Source of the DNA: Spirochaetota bacterium
GTDB taxonomy: Bacteria; Spirochaetota; Leptospiria; Turneriellales; CBDBES01
Direction: 5' to 3'
DNA length: 64,000 bases
NCBI GenBank assembly: GCA_965206985.1
Contig: CBDBLF010000011.1
Span: 91,384-155,383, forward strand
This document shows positions 28,170 to 38,043 of the stretch, in pieces. Each line of letters opens with the position of its first letter. Position 1 is the first letter of the stretch. Position numbers and translations under genes: made by a program. The notes under the pieces were generated by a model that was not told where the DNA came from, ran no database searches, and worked only from the letters and a program-made list of their open reading frames with translations.

Positions 28170-29989
28170 TAACGAAATAGTTTTTGAGCAATTATAGCAC
28201 TTACTATACCGCCACCCCCTTTCTCAATAAAAACACCAACAACGATCGTATTTTCTGGGGTCTGGTTATAAGGCCCATAACCAATGAACCAGGCGTGTTG
28301 ATTGGAGTCAATTCTTTGATCTGAACGAACTTGCACTGTTCCTGTTTTACCCGCAACGTACATTTTTTCAAATGGACCTCGGGCGGTTCCATACATCGTA
28401 ACACCCCTTAACCCTTCTTTTATTATTTGGAGGTTTTTTCGATTGAGAGGGAGTTCATTAATAATTTCAGGTTGAATTGTTTGTTTTATCGTATCATTTT
28501 CAACGTATCGAGTTTCTTTGAGTATATGAGGTCTATAAATGACCCCATTCATTACTAAGCCTGAATAAACAAGACTCAAACTAATTAAGGTCGTTTCAAT
28601 AAAACCCTGTCCGATACTGAGGTTTACGGTATCGCCATCAAACCACCTCTGCCTATAAGTTTTTTCTTTCCAGAGGGGCGAAGGAATAAAACCAAAAATT
28701 TCGTGAGGTAAATCAATACCGGAAGGCTTATCTAGTTTGAAATATCTTGCATATTTCAATATTGGTTCAGAACCAATATGATAGCCAAGTTGATAAAAGT
28801 ACGATGAACAACTATGGGCTATGGCACTCACAAGTTTATTTCTTCCGTGTGTTCCCCAACAGAAAAAAGTGGTATCGGCTAGGCCCCTATAGGAGCTTTT
28901 CAAAATATATTTTCCCGAACAATGAAATACCTTAGAGGGAGAAACCCTATCTTCTTCTAAACCTGCTAAGGCTACTAATGGTTTGAAAGTGGAAGCCGGT
29001 GGAGACTTTGTACTAATTGCTCGATTTAGTTCTGCTTTATTTTTTATCATATATTTAATATGTGCGGATCTTTTTTTCTCTTTATTTGTTGATATCAAGA
29101 TATTCGGGTCATAATCAGGCTTACTCACTAGTGCTAATATTTCACCCGTTGACGGGCGAATAGCAATGATAGCACCAATTTTTTCACCCATGATTTTCGA
29201 TGCAAGGGACTGCATTTTGTTATCAATTGTCAAAATTAGATTATTCCCCGGCTTAAAGTTTGTTAGAACTTTTTGTTCCTCGATTTTCCCCGGTGCATTT
29301 TTAATTTGCACCATCTCGCCATCCTCCCCGCGGAGGTCTAGATCGTAATAGCTTTCGACACCATTTTTTCCAACTCTTTGGTATTGCTTAATTCCTCTAG
29401 TTCTGATATCCTTTTTTGAGGGTGCACCGATGTATCCTGTTATATGGGAGGCAATATGTCCTAGGTTATATTTTCGCTGCACACTTTGCTCGACGATGAA
29501 ATTTGCAAATTCAATGTAGTAATCGGCAAAAATAGTGTGCTGCCTTTCTGTTAAGCCTTCAATAAGAACAACTTTCTTCTCTCTTGCCTTACTCGCCGAT
29601 CTAACTTTTTCTTTCAAAGAATCACTGGGGAGCCTTAGCAAAGTTTCCAATCGACCTAGTTTTACGATTAAATCGTCCTTTTTAAAATGGGAAGGAACTG
29701 CGACTAAGTTAATGGTGGTGTGACTCGAAATAATCAAATTTTCTTTTGGATTACTTTGTTTATAATGGCGATCATACACTTCTCCGCGAGGTGCCTTGAT
29801 CGGCAGAACTCTACGAATCACTCTCTGTGATTTTTCATAAAAGCGATCCCCGCTGAAAATCTGGATATCAACAAGGCGAACAACAAGCAGAGAAAAATAG
29901 GCTGTGACAATAAATAAGAAAAAAAAAAGTCTGCGTTCTAACCTTTGCTTGAGCTTAAGTCCACGGGTGGTTTTCTTTTTTTCAAGCAT
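28139..29989 (-). CDS. mrdA: Penicillin-binding protein 2
   Basis: APRGE.YDR, PPASTFK (SxxK), SCS, AGKTGT (KTG), HAWF. Confidence 0.93.
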   Translation of the reverse strand: MLEKKKTTRGLKLKQRLERRLFFFLFIVTAYFSLLVVRLVDIQIFSGDRFYEKSQRVIRRVLPIKAPRGEVYDRHYKQSNPKENLIISSHTTINLVAVPSHFKKDDLIVKLGRLETLLRLPSDSLKEKVRSASKAREKKVVLIEGLTERQHTIFADYYIEFANFIVEQSVQRKYNLGHIASHITGYIGAPSKKDIRTRGIKQYQRVGKNGVESYYDLDLRGEDGEMVQIKNAPGKIEEQKVLTNFKPGNNLILTIDNKMQSLASKIMGEKIGAIIAIRPSTGEILALVSKPDYDPNILISTNKEKKRSAHIKYMIKNKAELNRAISTKSPPASTFKPLVALAGLEEDRVSPSKVFHCSGKYILKSSYRGLADTTFFCWGTHGRNKLVSAIAHSCSSYFYQLGYHIGSEPILKYARYFKLDKPSGIDLPHEIFGFIPSPLWKEKTYRQRWFDGDTVNLSIGQGFIETTLISLSLVYSGLVMNGVIYRPHILKETRYVENDTIKQTIQPEIINELPLNRKNLQIIKEGLRGVTMYGTARGPFEKMYVAGKTGTVQVRSDQRIDSNQHAWFIGYGPYNQTPENTIVVGVFIEKGGGGIVSAIIAQKLFRYWIDHRDKII

Positions 29990-30521
29990 TATAAATTACT
30001 TTTGTAGTAGGTTCTTGATTAAGAGGAAAGATCGCCTTTAAAAGTTTAAACCAAAATATGGCAATCATGCTTGTGTAAAGTGATTCTGGAACAATCGTAG
30101 AAAACAAAACTTTAGGATCAATTTCTTGGTGAAAAATAATAACCAGAAAAAGTACAGCAATATTTTTTGCAAGACTTAATGCGAAGAGTGTAAGAAATAT
30201 CATGAGGTTACTGTCTTTTTTTATCTGCACGGTAAACCTTCCAGGGAGATATCCAGCCAAAGCATTGGGTAGTGCATGAATTCCTATGAAATATTTGATT
30301 TCATCGTATGAGGGAGAGTAGCTCCCTAAACTGATATCCTGCAATAAGCCCGCAAAGAAGCCAACCCACAAACCAGAGAGCTCTCTTTTGTGGAGTGCAA
30401 AATAAATTACCAGAATGAGCAGAAAATCAGGTCTAACGTTCCCTAGCACAAAAAAATCCACCCCAAACTGTAGCACACAAGAACTAAACAAGCATATAGC
30501 AAGAACCAATTTTTCTAACAA
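29982..30521 (-). CDS. mreD: Rod shape-determining protein MreD
   Basis: RPDFLLILV, GF..GLLQD; position in the mre operon. Confidence 0.88.
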   Translation of the reverse strand: MLEKLVLAICLFSSCVLQFGVDFFVLGNVRPDFLLILVIYFALHKRELSGLWVGFFAGLLQDISLGSYSPSYDEIKYFIGIHALPNALAGYLPGRFTVQIKKDSNLMIFLTLFALSLAKNIAVLFLVIIFHQEIDPKVLFSTIVPESLYTSMIAIFWFKLLKAIFPLNQEPTTKVIYNA

Positions 30522-30531
30522 AATATTACCT

Positions 30532-31437
30532 TCATTTACGGATATCTATTTTCTCTTCACTTAATTGACTCGCGTCTTTCTGTATGATAAAAACATAATC
30601 CAATCTCTGAAAATCTAAGAAGGGTTTGGCGGTAGTAATTTGAAAACTACTCATTCTTCTAACTTTTCCATGAACTTGTCCAACAGGAATTCCTTTCGGA
30701 AAAACTCCTTCATTACCTGATGTGATTATAGTATCACCCTGTTCCAATTTGACGTTTAAATTCAGAAAATTAAGAACAGGCAGATCATTTAGAGAGCCTT
30801 GACCTTCCAAAAGAGCCCAGTTCCCTGTTTCTTTTATTGTGACACCCATTTTTGAATATTTACTGGTAATTAATAAAACCTTGGAGTAATCAGAGTTAAC
30901 TTGAATAATTTTTCCTACCAGACCCTCAATAATTTTTGAATAACGCTCATTATTTTTTATTGACCGAAAAGAAGTGACCTGATTGGCTATCACTGGCATA
31001 TAGACCTTGACACCATCACGACTACCCTTATCAATTAAAATACGATGAAACCAGTTATCTGGTTTATTACTAATAATTTCAGCCTGTAAAACTTTGTACG
31101 TAGAAGAAGGTCGCAAGTTAAGCATTTGTCGTAATCTTATATTTTCTGATTTCAACTTTTCGACCTGCCAGGCGGGACTATTGTTTTTTTTTAATTTTTC
31201 TCTTAGTTGCTCCACTTCCTCTTTCAGGTTTTTATAGCTTCGATAGCTATTAAAAACTTCACCGACAGCCTGGCTTGCTCGATAAAAAGAAAATGTAAAA
31301 TAATCAAGTGTTTTATCTAGATTACTCAAAGAGCTGGAAATTATGCTGGATTGCCAAGTAAGATTACCTAACGTAAAGAGTAGGATAACGCTTAATGAAA
31401 ATATTTTTTTTTGCTTTTGTGAAGCTGATAAATACAT
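30532..31437 (-). CDS. mreC: Rod shape-determining protein MreC
   Basis: TM + coiled coil, IDKGSRDG, GLVGKI, GD..ITSG..G.FPKGIPVG. Confidence 0.92.
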   Translation of the reverse strand: MYLSASQKQKKIFSLSVILLFTLGNLTWQSSIISSSLSNLDKTLDYFTFSFYRASQAVGEVFNSYRSYKNLKEEVEQLREKLKKNNSPAWQVEKLKSENIRLRQMLNLRPSSTYKVLQAEIISNKPDNWFHRILIDKGSRDGVKVYMPVIANQVTSFRSIKNNERYSKIIEGLVGKIIQVNSDYSKVLLITSKYSKMGVTIKETGNWALLEGQGSLNDLPVLNFLNLNVKLEQGDTIITSGNEGVFPKGIPVGQVHGKVRRMSSFQITTAKPFLDFQRLDYVFIIQKDASQLSEEKIDIRK

Positions 31438-31467
31438 TCATTCCATAAACAAGGCAAGTTTAATAGA

Positions 31468-32490
31468 CTAACGAATATTTGGTTTAATCAGATTGAACTG
31501 ATCTAAATATTTACCTGTACCAAGGACTACACAATTCAGAGGATTCTCCGCTAGTATGAAAGGTACCCCTATTTCTTTCCCTAAAAATTCATCTAAACCA
31601 CGAAGAAGACTGCCACCACCCGTAAGTACAACACCCCTCTCCATAATATCAGCGGCCAACTCAGGTGGAGTTCTCTCCAGAGAACCCTTGATCGCCTCTA
31701 AGATCGATTCAACTGTTTCTTTCAAAGCACTCTTCATTTCAGGAGAATCGACCAAAAGGCTTTTAGGTAAACCAGTCATTGCATCCCTACCCTTCAGATC
31801 ATAAGTTTCAGATTTACGTCCAGGTGCGGCATTACCAATCGCAAGCTTGACATCTTCAGCAGTTCTATCACCAATGACTAAATTATGATTTGTACGCATA
31901 TGTCTTCTAATCGCTTCATCAAATTCATCGCCACCAATCCGAATAGAATTTGTGATGACCATCCCCCCCAGTGATAAAACAGCAATCTCGGTAGTTCCCC
32001 CACCTATGTCAACAACCATGTTGCCAGATGGCTCATGTATAGGAATATTTGCACCAATGGCCGCGGCTAGTGCCTCTTCAATGAGATAGATTTCTCTAGC
32101 ACCTGCCTGCTCTGCCGATTCACGAACCGCTCTCTTTTCAACTTCTGTAATACCAGAGGGAACACCAATCACCACTCGGGGCTTAACGAGAGCTCTACGG
32201 CTATGAACTCGATTAATAAAATAACGAATCATTTTCTCAACTGTTTCAAAGTCAGCAATTACGCCATCACGCATGGGACGCAGAGCAACAATTTCACCAG
32301 GAGTTCTCCCCATCATCCTTTTTGCTTCTTGACCAACGGCAACAACCTTGCCGGTACTTGACTCTACAGCAACAACTGATGGTTCAGAAAGAACGATGCC
32401 TTGATCGCGAACATAAACTAGGGTATTAGCAGTTCCTAAATCTATACCCATATCATTTGAGAACATGGAGTGAAGCCAATTTAACAACAT
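31468..32490 (-). CDS. mreB: Actin-like MreB
   Basis: [44 protein letters not shown]. Confidence 0.97.
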   Translation of the reverse strand: MLLNWLHSMFSNDMGIDLGTANTLVYVRDQGIVLSEPSVVAVESSTGKVVAVGQEAKRMMGRTPGEIVALRPMRDGVIADFETVEKMIRYFINRVHSRRALVKPRVVIGVPSGITEVEKRAVRESAEQAGAREIYLIEEALAAAIGANIPIHEPSGNMVVDIGGGTTEIAVLSLGGMVITNSIRIGGDEFDEAIRRHMRTNHNLVIGDRTAEDVKLAIGNAAPGRKSETYDLKGRDAMTGLPKSLLVDSPEMKSALKETVESILEAIKGSLERTPPELAADIMERGVVLTGGGSLLRGLDEFLGKEIGVPFILAENPLNCVVLGTGKYLDQFNLIKPNIR

Positions 32491-32972
32491 GATGTTATGT
32501 GAGAACCTCCTCCGGAAAGAACAAAGAAAAATAAATCACATTAACAGTGGAATAGTTCCTCTATAGGCCGGCAAGGAATATTTGTATTTCTTTTTTAAGA
32601 GGTGAATTTGGAAAAGGAGATTGGGAAGGAACTAGGGTCTAGTTCGTAGAGAGCCTGCCCGGGGCAAAAAAAAATCCAAAAAACTGAACTGGGGGAGAAT
32701 ATAGTAAATTTTTTCTTTTCAAAATTATATACACTTATTTGTCCCTCTCAGCTCGCTAAAACACCGATTTTATTGGATATCTCATTATTTTACCCAAATT
32801 GTGGAATGCACAGAGCGTTAAAAATTCAGATTTGAACTTCTCAATCCCTCGATAAGCAAAACGTTCGAATACGTTGGCTATATTTTATCTGACCAAAAAT
32901 GGGACACCTTGCCAGAGCGTTTATTATTTGAGTTCCTTCTCAACCTTAATTAATTGGTGGGAGGCAATTAAT

Positions 32973-33332
32973 GGCAATTATACTATTTTGCGCTTTACAC
33001 TTTCTATATTCATATTATACATGGTTATGGATAAGATTAATACAGATAAAAAGATACAAGCAAGTCATAACAGTTTCAGCATTTTCAAAGGCGCTATATT
33101 TGAACGTAGTCATGTGTCATTTCGCAAATGGCTTTATGCTATTCACATGGTAATCAATGCAAAGAAAAGCGTATCGGCTTGTCAAGTTAGTAGAGAGATA
33201 GGCGATTCGTATCGTGCAGCTTGGCGTATGATGCACAAGATACGTGAGGCAATGGCAAATAATAACAGCACTAGAGATATTATGTCACATATTTTATGTC
33301 AAGCCATATAAGCGCAAAATAGCATAATTGTC
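32973..33332 (+). mobile_element. IS1595-family internal-deletion derivative (MITE-like, 360 bp)
   Basis: IRs GGCAATTATACTATTTTGCGCTT / AAGCGCAAAATAGCATAATTGTC; 8-bp direct repeat CAATTAAT (32965-72, 33333-40); residual SIFKG.IFE.S....RKW...I...SA....REIG.SY..AW.M.HKIR. Confidence 0.85.
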
Positions 33333-33558
33333 CAATTAATCAATTTTTGATTAAGTTTGACGGGAGAATAAGAATATAGAAAGCGGACAAAAGAAAATTT
33401 ACACAAAATATACGACACTATCAAAATTATATAATTTTTTGAAAGATACAAACTTTGAAGGAGATTTTTTAAGTTTATGGATGGACATGATATCCCTCAA
33501 GAAGTAATTTATAAAGCAACCGATTTTTTATCTGGTATTTAGCTGAAATCACCGTTAT

Positions 33559-34569
33559 ATGAGAGCTTTTCAATTCAATGAATTTAGCATTCAAAGCCTT
33601 AAACTTGTGGAGCTTCCTGAGCCTAAAATTCAAAAACCGAACGAAGTTAAAGTTTGCTTCAAAGCTCAATCTTTAAACTTTAGAGATTATCTTATGATTA
33701 CTGGTCTATATAACCCAAAACAAAAATTACCGTTGATTCCTTTGTCTGATGGAGCAGGGGAGGTAATTGAAGTAGGTAAGGAAGTAACAAGATTTCAGAA
33801 GGGCGATCGTGTTTCTCCTATATTTATTCAGAATTGGATTTCTGGAGAAATCCCTTCTGATGCCCTTAAAAAATCTTTAGGAGGCCCATTGAACGGAACC
33901 TTATGTGAATATTTGATTTTCCCCGACAGTGGGCTTGTTATGATCCCAAAGAATATGAGTTTTATTGAGGCCTCGACCCTGCCCTGTGCAGCTTTGACAG
34001 CATACAATGCTTTGGTTACCCATGCCAGATTGAAGAGAGATGATCAAGTTCTGATCATAGGTAGTGGGGGAGTTTCTATTTTTGCGATTCAAATTGCTAA
34101 AGCCTTGGGAGCTCATGTTATTACCGTGACAAGCCAAGAGAACAAAATAGAGATGTTGCATGACTTGGGTGCTGACAATCTTATTCATTCAAAAGCATAC
34201 CCACATTGGCACAAAGAGGTGTTGCGACTCACTGAAAAACGGGGTGTTGACGTCGTTGTAGAAATAGGCGGAGGAGGAACACTTGAGAAGTCTATTCTTT
34301 CGACCCGTCGTGGTGGCCATATTAGTTTAATCGGTGTGCTCGCTGGTGGAGCAGTAAATATGAATTTGCTGCCCATTATTATGCGGCATTTGTGCCTACA
34401 GGGTATTTTAGTGGGGAGTAAAGCCCAGTTTGATTTGATGAATTCTTTCTTTGAAAAAACTAAAATAAAACCAGCTATTCATAAGGTTTTTTCATTCGAG
34501 GAGAGTGTGCATGCTCTTGAATACCTAAAGGCTGGAAATCATGTTGGTAAGATTTGTATATCATGCTAA
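33559..34569 (+). CDS. NAD(P)-dependent MDR oxidoreductase (quinone reductase/zinc-type ADH-like)
   Basis: SLNFRD, IPLSDGAGEV, LPCAALTA, GSGGVS, GVDVVVEIGG, GKICI. Confidence 0.92.
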   Translation: MRAFQFNEFSIQSLKLVELPEPKIQKPNEVKVCFKAQSLNFRDYLMITGLYNPKQKLPLIPLSDGAGEVIEVGKEVTRFQKGDRVSPIFIQNWISGEIPSDALKKSLGGPLNGTLCEYLIFPDSGLVMIPKNMSFIEASTLPCAALTAYNALVTHARLKRDDQVLIIGSGGVSIFAIQIAKALGAHVITVTSQENKIEMLHDLGADNLIHSKAYPHWHKEVLRLTEKRGVDVVVEIGGGGTLEKSILSTRRGGHISLIGVLAGGAVNMNLLPIIMRHLCLQGILVGSKAQFDLMNSFFEKTKIKPAIHKVFSFEESVHALEYLKAGNHVGKICISC

Positions 34570-34613
34570 TTTTGAAAAAGAGTTTATAAACCTTACAGAA
34601 ATAAAAAATTTTT

Positions 34614-35489
34614 CTAAATAAAAACCCTTTTAAAAAGGACGAGAAAGAACCAGTGAATAAGGCGAAATATGCGCAAAGGATTCTTACAGATATCCCATAG
34701 CCAAACAAGGTGAGATTGTTTAAAAAAATTGGGAGGGGATTTTTTAAACCCAGTTAATATGTCAAATTCATTAGGCATGTCAATTACCAGAGAGTTTCCA
34801 AATTCATGTTTATAATTCTTCATCCACTCAAGACCACCTTTATGACCTAAGTCCATCAAAACGATCTGAGGGTTCATCTTTTCAATTGCTTGACGAATTT
34901 GTTCACTTTTTTTTTTAGGGGTTCTGCAATGGTGTCTACCTACAATCAGTAAATTAGGGAATGCATGCTTGAGGTTAAAAAATAATTTTTCTGAACTTCT
35001 TGAAGTACCTCCCACTAAAAATATACTGTAATTTTTTGCCTCGGCTAGACGAAGCAGGCTCATTACGTAGCTAACTACTGTGGTCAGTTCAGGTATTGGG
35101 TTGGCCAATATTTTACTCATCCATAAAAGACCAGAACCAACTGGGAGGTTAATAAAAGCTGACTTGATAATATTTGCGTATTGCTTTTTAGATTTAAGCC
35201 ACATTAAGCGATAAGGGTCAATGGGTACAACATAGAGAGGTGTTGCATTCGTTTTATTTTTCCTTGCTGCAACGGCTTCCATTTTATCAAAACTGATCGC
35301 TAGTAAATCTTGCAAATTTGCCTGATAAAAAGGGAAACTGAGATATTTTTTTGGCTTTTTCAGCAACGTCGAGTCTCTGACACCCATAGACTCTAAAATA
35401 GGGTCATCATCCCTTTTGTTTGTATTGTAAGCAGTTAGCAATGGATTCCCTAAACAACTGATTGCTTCACAGGAGCGACATAACGTCAA
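34614..35489 (-). CDS. WecB/TagA/CpsF family glycosyltransferase
   Basis: IFLVGG, FPNL.IVGRH, PQIVLMDLG, FDILTG..K..P..F....L.WLW. Confidence 0.75.
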   Translation of the reverse strand: MTLCRSCEAISCLGNPLLTAYNTNKRDDDPILESMGVRDSTLLKKPKKYLSFPFYQANLQDLLAISFDKMEAVAARKNKTNATPLYVVPIDPYRLMWLKSKKQYANIIKSAFINLPVGSGLLWMSKILANPIPELTTVVSYVMSLLRLAEAKNYSIFLVGGTSRSSEKLFFNLKHAFPNLLIVGRHHCRTPKKKSEQIRQAIEKMNPQIVLMDLGHKGGLEWMKNYKHEFGNSLVIDMPNEFDILTGFKKSPPNFFKQSHLVWLWDICKNPLRIFRLIHWFFLVLFKRVFI

Positions 35490-35530
35490 GAAAAATTTAA
35501 ATATGATTCATATTTAAGAGGCGAGGCTGT

Positions 35531-37416
35531 GAGCTTGTGCAGGAACTAGGATTTTTCAGTGCATTTTATGAGATATTTGCTGCGTCAGTCTCATTTTTCA
35601 AATATGTCAAGGAATTTATAGTTTATGCAAGTTGTTCTCGTACCATTTTGCCAAAATTAAATGCTGTAGCTGCGATTTTTACCTCTATTTGAACCTTTTT
35701 ACTGCCTCTGAGCAAGAATTCTCTGAACTTTTTGGCTTGTTTCAAAATTCCAAAAATGGGTTCAATTTCAGAACCTCGCTTTTTATAGAAAGACTTTGCT
35801 TCTTCTGAATTCATCTTCTTGATCATTTCATGTTTTAAAGCAAAACCAGAGTCTACTGACAATTTGCGATAACCTCTGCGTAACTCTTCTTCGCTCGTAC
35901 AACATTGTTCTCTGGCAGGGCAAATGACACAGTCAGGAGGTTTACCATGATAATGAGTATATTTCTTTTTATCTTTCACAGATTCATTATGAAATTCTAA
36001 GGTTTTACCCTCGGGGCAAACCCAAGAATCATCATCCTCGTCATATTTAAACTGATGAGCTTCATAACCTGAATCCTCTTCTCCTTTTCTTTCTTTGGCT
36101 ACCTGATCAGGTGAAGGTATAAAACCATTGATCCCTTTTGAATCCAGGTATTCCAAACCACTTGAATGAAAGTAACCCGAATCTGCAGAAGCTGTCTGTA
36201 TACTGGTCCCTGTGTTTGACTCAGCTTTAGAAAGGGTAGGAGCTAATTGCTCTAAATCATTTTCTGAATTAGCTTCAGCAATGTCAGCTGCCAAAATATA
36301 GCCTTCTGATGAGGTAACTTGAATGTTGTAGCTTTGAGAAATTTTACCATTCCGTTTCATGAATTTAGCATCTGGATCAGTAAGATTTATTTTAGAATCA
36401 GAAGCAGACTCTTGATTCTCTTCCAGACTTTTACTGATCGTAACATACTTTTGAGCTTTCCTAAGCATAACAGAATCATTATCCTCTGCAGCCTGGTCTT
36501 CATTTATCAATAATTCTGGCTCGTTAGCATGAGAATTAGTTGTATCTTCTAAAAAGACCTCAACTTCTTTTTCTCCTGTTTTTAGAGCTTCTATATCCTG
36601 TGTACCTTCTATAGTTTCTGAAGAATCTTTTTCAACAGATGTAGAAAACTCGGCTGGTTCACTTTGCTTTCCTTCTGCTGTTTTTAATGACTCTCTCTTT
36701 GCCTTTTCACTCGCTTTTTGTAAGCGAATAAACTCCTCAATGATCGTATCTACCTCTTCAGGATTAAGCTCATAGCCACTGTTGTCTTTACCATATAGTT
36801 TATCTTCCTCAATATCTAATTCCATACCTGAGCGTAGATACTCTAAGATCTCTTGCTGTATAGCTCTTTTACGTTCCTCTAAATCTGACTTTTTGTATGT
36901 TTGATCGTCAGCAGCACTGGCTTTGATTTTAGTTCCATCTACCTTAACATCAATACCAATATTTTTCTTTTTGTGGGATAGCAAAGATACAGAGTAATTA
37001 AAAACTTCGCCAATTTCTTTACCAAAATTAACACGGAATTCAGCAATAGACCGAAACTTTACTTTATGACCACCAACTAAATAACGCATGGCGTCGTTCT
37101 CTTCACAGGCTTTTTGTAATTCTCTGCTGCTTCTCCATCCACGATGAAAGCCATAAAAAAGGCATCCCAGCATTATAACCGGATGGTAAGCCCGACCCCC
37201 TTCTTTTGAGTACTTAGAAAGAAATGGTTTCATAGGAATTTTATCTAACAAGGCAGCAAAGGCATAAACCTCGTGATTTTCTTCTAAATTGTCTGCTATA
37301 GTATGCGAAAACAGCATAACTTGATCTCTATCACTTTTCATAAATCGTTTCATAATAAGACATAAACAAAGAAAAACACAGAAAAGCAAGAAAAATCCTA
37401 GTTCCTGCACAAGCTC
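35531..37416 (-). mobile_element. IS1182-family insertion sequence, copy 1 (1886 bp)
   Basis: Perfect IR GAGCTTGTGCAGGAACTAGGATTTTT; 4-bp duplication CTGT (35527-30, 37417-20). Confidence 0.92.
35623..37353 (-). CDS. IS1182 transposase
   Basis: GGRAYHP..ML, SSREL, FRSIAEFR, VDGTKIKA, TDPDA.FM, ADSGY, CP.G..L, YKKRG.EIEP.FG; ORF-track start (37455) is outside the IR. Confidence 0.92.
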   Translation of the reverse strand: MKRFMKSDRDQVMLFSHTIADNLEENHEVYAFAALLDKIPMKPFLSKYSKEGGRAYHPVIMLGCLFYGFHRGWRSSRELQKACEENDAMRYLVGGHKVKFRSIAEFRVNFGKEIGEVFNYSVSLLSHKKKNIGIDVKVDGTKIKASAADDQTYKKSDLEERKRAIQQEILEYLRSGMELDIEEDKLYGKDNSGYELNPEEVDTIIEEFIRLQKASEKAKRESLKTAEGKQSEPAEFSTSVEKDSSETIEGTQDIEALKTGEKEVEVFLEDTTNSHANEPELLINEDQAAEDNDSVMLRKAQKYVTISKSLEENQESASDSKINLTDPDAKFMKRNGKISQSYNIQVTSSEGYILAADIAEANSENDLEQLAPTLSKAESNTGTSIQTASADSGYFHSSGLEYLDSKGINGFIPSPDQVAKERKGEEDSGYEAHQFKYDEDDDSWVCPEGKTLEFHNESVKDKKKYTHYHGKPPDCVICPAREQCCTSEEELRRGYRKLSVDSGFALKHEMIKKMNSEEAKSFYKKRGSEIEPIFGILKQAKKFREFLLRGSKKVQIEVKIAATAFNFGKMVREQLA

Positions 37417-37493
37417 CTGTACGGGAAATATAGCTGTTATAAGATTATTTGTCACCCGTAAAGTTAATTTTGGAAATTATTTTTTATTTTTTT

Positions 37494-38040
37494 GGTAATT
37501 ATACTATTTTGCGCTTATGTAGCTTGGCATAAAATATGTGACATAACATCTCTATTGTACTAAATACAGATTAAGGGGGTGATGCTAAATGTTACGTAGT
37601 CCATTTGACGCGTTTATTAAAAACAACTCTTTAATAAAGCATTTTTATTCTTACGATTATTGAACCGCCATGTAAACTCTGACAAGTATAGTGGCATATA
37701 CCCAGGTGATATATGATGATACTGCCCTACCACACCACGTTTGAATAAACCCCAGAAGTTTTCTATGTTATTGGTGTGTACATTGCCACGTACATATTCT
37801 AAACTATGATTGATGACTTTATGTCTATGTCTGCCACGCCACTTCATTCCTTTGTATGCACCGAGTGCGTCAGTCATGTGAGTAGCTGTTTTATCTACTG
37901 TACTATCTATAAAATCAAGTAACCTACCTTGACTAACTTTTCTACCTTTGTTGTCAGTACCAAGTAATACAGACGCTTTTATATGTCCAGTGTCTCGGTC
38001 AAATGCTCCCACAATAGGTGTTTTATTATCCGTTTGTTTT
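37494..38040 (-). mobile_element. IS1595-family remnant (transposase C-terminal part plus right end)
   Basis: KTPIVG...R, HMTD...AY, INHS.EYVRG.VHTN.IE.FW..FKR...G.YHHIS...YL.EF.WRFN; end at 37494 homologous to about 33271-33332. Confidence 0.82.
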
Positions 38041-38043
38041 AAA

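Noticed and set aside
32597-32660. GGGAAGG-hairpin-AGAGCCTGCC resembles the 3' part of a cobalamin riboswitch
   Set aside because: The 5' core and GCCACTG element are not recognisable and no B12-related gene lies downstream on that strand.
37354-37455. N-terminal extensions of the IS1182 transposase in the ORF track (also 51349-51438)
   Set aside because: The starts lie outside the IS inverted repeats and differ between copies, so they are read-through from flanking DNA.
33333-37493. Oxidoreductase-WecB segment as cargo of an IS1595 composite transposon
   Set aside because: The left relic is self-contained with its own 8-bp duplication, I found no shared outer duplication, and the enclosed genes look native.
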